A stretch of 62,197 nucleotides of DNA, filler included. It is 4 parts of 4 records of this genome, joined end to end, with 100 filler letters (N's around TTAATTAATTAA, not from the genome) between each part and the next. Parts side by side here need not be neighbours in the genome. Positions count along the whole stretch, not along the records: positions 56,036 to 62,197 come from DRR723986_7834; 3 more parts are not named here. The stretch is one strand, 5' to 3'. The notes under the pieces are model-generated. The model searched no databases and was not told the origin of the DNA. It saw only the letters and a program-made list of their open reading frames with translations. Each line of letters starts with the position of its first letter. Position 1 is the first letter of the stretch. Made by a program: the position numbers and the translations under genes. Of this stretch, positions 59,689-62,197 are shown in pieces.

Positions 59689-61397
59689 GCTAGGTTCTCT
59701 CCTTTGTTGATGGCCGCTTGCACGGCGGCGATGTCTTCGGGGCTGAGCCCATAGTCTTTTGCGGCGGTCTCCGCCGAGATATAGCCGCGTGCCAGATCGC
59801 GTTTGACCAGCGCCGGATCACGCTGGGACGGATCGCCGTAGCCCGCACCGCCGGGGAAGGCCATCATCACCTTGCGGCCGTGGGGCACAAATTGTTTGCC
59901 CTTGCCGTTCATTGTGCTGCCGTCATCCTGCGCAATCGTAGTGGGCGCGCCGGACGCGCCGCCGCGGCGACCACGGGCCGGATGATCCACCCTGTCAAAC
60001 ATCGCCTGAATGTCAAACTCGTAGCCTTCTTGTGCGCCCACTTCCATGAATTGCCCCAGACCGCCGCGCTGTTTGCCCGCGCCGCCGCTGTCTTCGCGCA
60101 GTTCCTTGCGCCAGATGATCACCGGGCCGACATGTTCGGTGGCCTCTACCGGCATGGTCATCACGCCCGAAGGGAAGGCCGTTGCGTTCAGCCCGTCATG
60201 TTCGGGCCGTGCGCCTGATCCGCCCGAGTTGAAGGTCAACACCTCGGACCGTTTGGCCCCCTTGGGCGCAGGGCCATCGCTGCGCGGGCGCAGGGAAACC
60301 TGGAAGTTACACAGACATCCGGCCCCTTCGGCGGGCACCAGATCCGGCAGGATCTTATCGAGCGCATCATAGACCGTATCCGGCACAAAATGCCCCACGA
60401 TATGGCGCAGCGCCACGGGTGCGGGATGCACGGCATTCACAATGGTATCTTCGGGCGCGGTGATCTCAAACGGGGCAAGTGAGGCCGCGTTGTTCGGGAT
60501 CTCAGGCGCGATGGCACATTTAAGCGCATAGCAGGCATAGGCCTTGGTATAGACCAGCGGGCAGTTGATGCCCTTTTTGTCGACGCCGGTGGTGCCGGTG
60601 AAATCCGACAGGATACGATCCTCTTCGATGCTGACCTTGACCCTAAGCGTGATCGGCGTGGCAAAGCCATCCACCGTCATCTCGCCCGAGGCAGATTTGC
60701 GCGGCAGGGCGTTGATCCGTTCCAGTGTCGCACGGCGGGAGTTTTCGAGGATGAACCCGCCGATCCCGTCCAGATCATCCAGATCAAATTCCTCCATCAT
60801 CTCGACCAACCGGCGATGGCCAATCTCGTTGCAGGTGGTCAGGGCAAAGATGTCCCCGACCAGTTGATCCGGCTCGCGCACGTTGCCGCGAATGATACGC
60901 ACCAGCGTTTCATCCACCTCACCGCCTGCGGCGAATTTCATGATGGGGATATAGAGCCCCTCTTCGTAGACACTGGCCGCATCCGCGCCAAACCCGCGTC
61001 CGCCGATATCCACGATATGTGCGGTGCAGGCAAAGAACCCCACAAGACCGCCCTTGTGGAACGAAGGCGTGACCATGGTGATGTCATGCAGGTGGCCGGT
61101 GCCTTCCCATGGATCGTTGGTGATATAGACATCGCCCTCGATGATATTATCGCGCCCGATCCGGCGGATGAAATGCGCAACCGCATCGGCCATCGCGTTA
61201 ACATGCCCCGGCGTTCCGGTGACCGCCTGCGCCAGCATTTTGCCTTGGGTGTCATAGACCCCCGCCGACAAATCGCCCGCCTCGCGCACAGAGGTGGAAA
61301 AGGCAGTGCGCACCAGCGCCTGCGCCTGTTCTTCAACCACGGAAATCAGGCGGTTCCACATGACCTGATAGGCGACGTTTGAATGTTGCTGAGCCAT
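59685..61397 (-). CDS. Hydantoinase B/5-oxoprolinase subunit
   Basis: TAFSTSVRE, NDPWEGTGHLHD, HIVDIGG, DSGGAG..RGG and PGGAGYGDP motifs. Confidence 0.93.
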   Translation of the reverse strand: MAQQHSNVAYQVMWNRLISVVEEQAQALVRTAFSTSVREAGDLSAGVYDTQGKMLAQAVTGTPGHVNAMADAVAHFIRRIGRDNIIEGDVYITNDPWEGTGHLHDITMVTPSFHKGGLVGFFACTAHIVDIGGRGFGADAASVYEEGLYIPIMKFAAGGEVDETLVRIIRGNVREPDQLVGDIFALTTCNEIGHRRLVEMMEEFDLDDLDGIGGFILENSRRATLERINALPRKSASGEMTVDGFATPITLRVKVSIEEDRILSDFTGTTGVDKKGINCPLVYTKAYACYALKCAIAPEIPNNAASLAPFEITAPEDTIVNAVHPAPVALRHIVGHFVPDTVYDALDKILPDLVPAEGAGCLCNFQVSLRPRSDGPAPKGAKRSEVLTFNSGGSGARPEHDGLNATAFPSGVMTMPVEATEHVGPVIIWRKELREDSGGAGKQRGGLGQFMEVGAQEGYEFDIQAMFDRVDHPARGRRGGASGAPTTIAQDDGSTMNGKGKQFVPHGRKVMMAFPGGAGYGDPSQRDPALVKRDLARGYISAETAAKDYGLSPEDIAAVQAAINKGENLA

Positions 61398-61401
61398 GGT
61401 C

Positions 61402-62197
61402 TTACCCTTTCACGCTTACGTCGATGCAGCCGTCAGGCTGGCGGATTGCCTTGCGGCTGGAGGGGATGATGATGGTGGTTTCATCCTCGATCACGGCGGC
61501 GGGGCCGGCGATCTCTGCCCCTTCGGCCATTTGGTCGCGCAGGACCACGGCGGCGTCCTGATAGGCGGATTTGGCCGGGTCGAACATCTGGCGGCGTCCG
61601 GCAACCGGTGCATCGCCCGCAGGCTGAGCCATGGCAATTTGTGCCACCTGTTCAGGCGGGGTTGTCGCGTTGACGGACCAGACAGTGATCTCGATATCAA
61701 GTCCGGTCACCTTGCGGCCGAATAGCTTAACGTAATCTTCTTCAAACCGCGCCTCGAATGTGGCGGCATCTGGGGTCATCGCTTGATCTTCGGTCAGGAC
61801 AATCGGGATCTCCCAGCCCTGCCCGGCATAGCGCATGTAGACTTTGAATTCTGACAGGATCGGCGCGTTTGCATCGCAGTTGCGGACAAAGCCGGTGGCC
61901 TCGGCCTTGAGCTCTGACAACAGGCCTTGGATCTTGGGCGCGTCAAAGTCCGACAGTTTCATATAGACGGAACGGTTGGCCTCAAAGCTAAAGGGCGCGC
62001 GCAGGAAACCGATGGCAGAGCCGACCCCCGCCCCCGGCGGCACCAGCAGGCGATCCACGCCCAGTTTCTCGCACAGCCGCCCGGCGTGCAGCGGGGCCGC
62101 GCCGCCAAAAGCGATCATCGTGTATTCGCTCAGGTCTTCGCCGTTCTCAACCGCGTGCACGCGGGCGGCGTTGGCCATGTTTTCGTCAACCACTTCG
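61402..62197 (-). CDS. Hydantoinase A/5-oxoprolinase subunit, C-terminal part
   Basis: AFGGAAPLH, SAIG, MRYAGQGWEI and GPAVIED motifs; runs off the window edge. Confidence 0.92.
   Translation of the reverse strand, partial: EVVDENMANAARVHAVENGEDLSEYTMIAFGGAAPLHAGRLCEKLGVDRLLVPPGAGVGSAIGFLRAPFSFEANRSVYMKLSDFDAPKIQGLLSELKAEATGFVRNCDANAPILSEFKVYMRYAGQGWEIPIVLTEDQAMTPDAATFEARFEEDYVKLFGRKVTGLDIEITVWSVNATTPPEQVAQIAMAQPAGDAPVAGRRQMFDPAKSAYQDAAVVLRDQMAEGAEIAGPAAVIEDETTIIIPSSRKAIRQPDGCIDVSVKG

Noticed and set aside
1-62197. CRISPR arrays, cas genes, transposases, integrases, tRNA/rRNA and defence systems
   Set aside because: None recognised: no regularly spaced direct repeats or diagnostic motifs were seen

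Overview
The window is not one continuous locus. It is four contigs joined by artificial 100-nt linkers (N44-TTAATTAATTAA-N44) at 25807-25906, 40050-40149 and 55936-56035. Contigs 1 (1-25806), 2 (25907-40049) and 4 (56036-62197) look like Roseobacter-group Rhodobacteraceae. Contig 1 carries a GntR/DapA-like/aldehyde dehydrogenase unit, psd-pssA, two orphan amino-compound catabolic operons, a complete bioBFDAGC operon with bioR and two perfect BioR boxes, a GH25 lysozyme, tex and the end of icd. Contig 2 is mostly housekeeping (asd end, carbonic anhydrase, M17 peptidase, NlpC/P60, mbfA with an ICE box, fghA) plus a ~770-bp structured intergenic region. Contig 4 is a hydantoinase/oxoprolinase catabolic operon. 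Contig 3 (40150-55935) comes from a different phylum-level group (Bacteroidota-Chlorobiota, possibly Kapabacteria-like), as shown by T9SS cargo proteins and CarboxypepD-type TonB-dependent receptors. The best candidate for an undescribed system is in contig 3: a putative copper-uptake operon made of a Cys-rich leader ORF ending in HPP, a C-rich spacer, a Met/His-motif YtkA-like lipoprotein and a TonB-dependent receptor with the OprC-type CxxxM/HxM motif. All calls come from motif recognition by eye; no searches were run.
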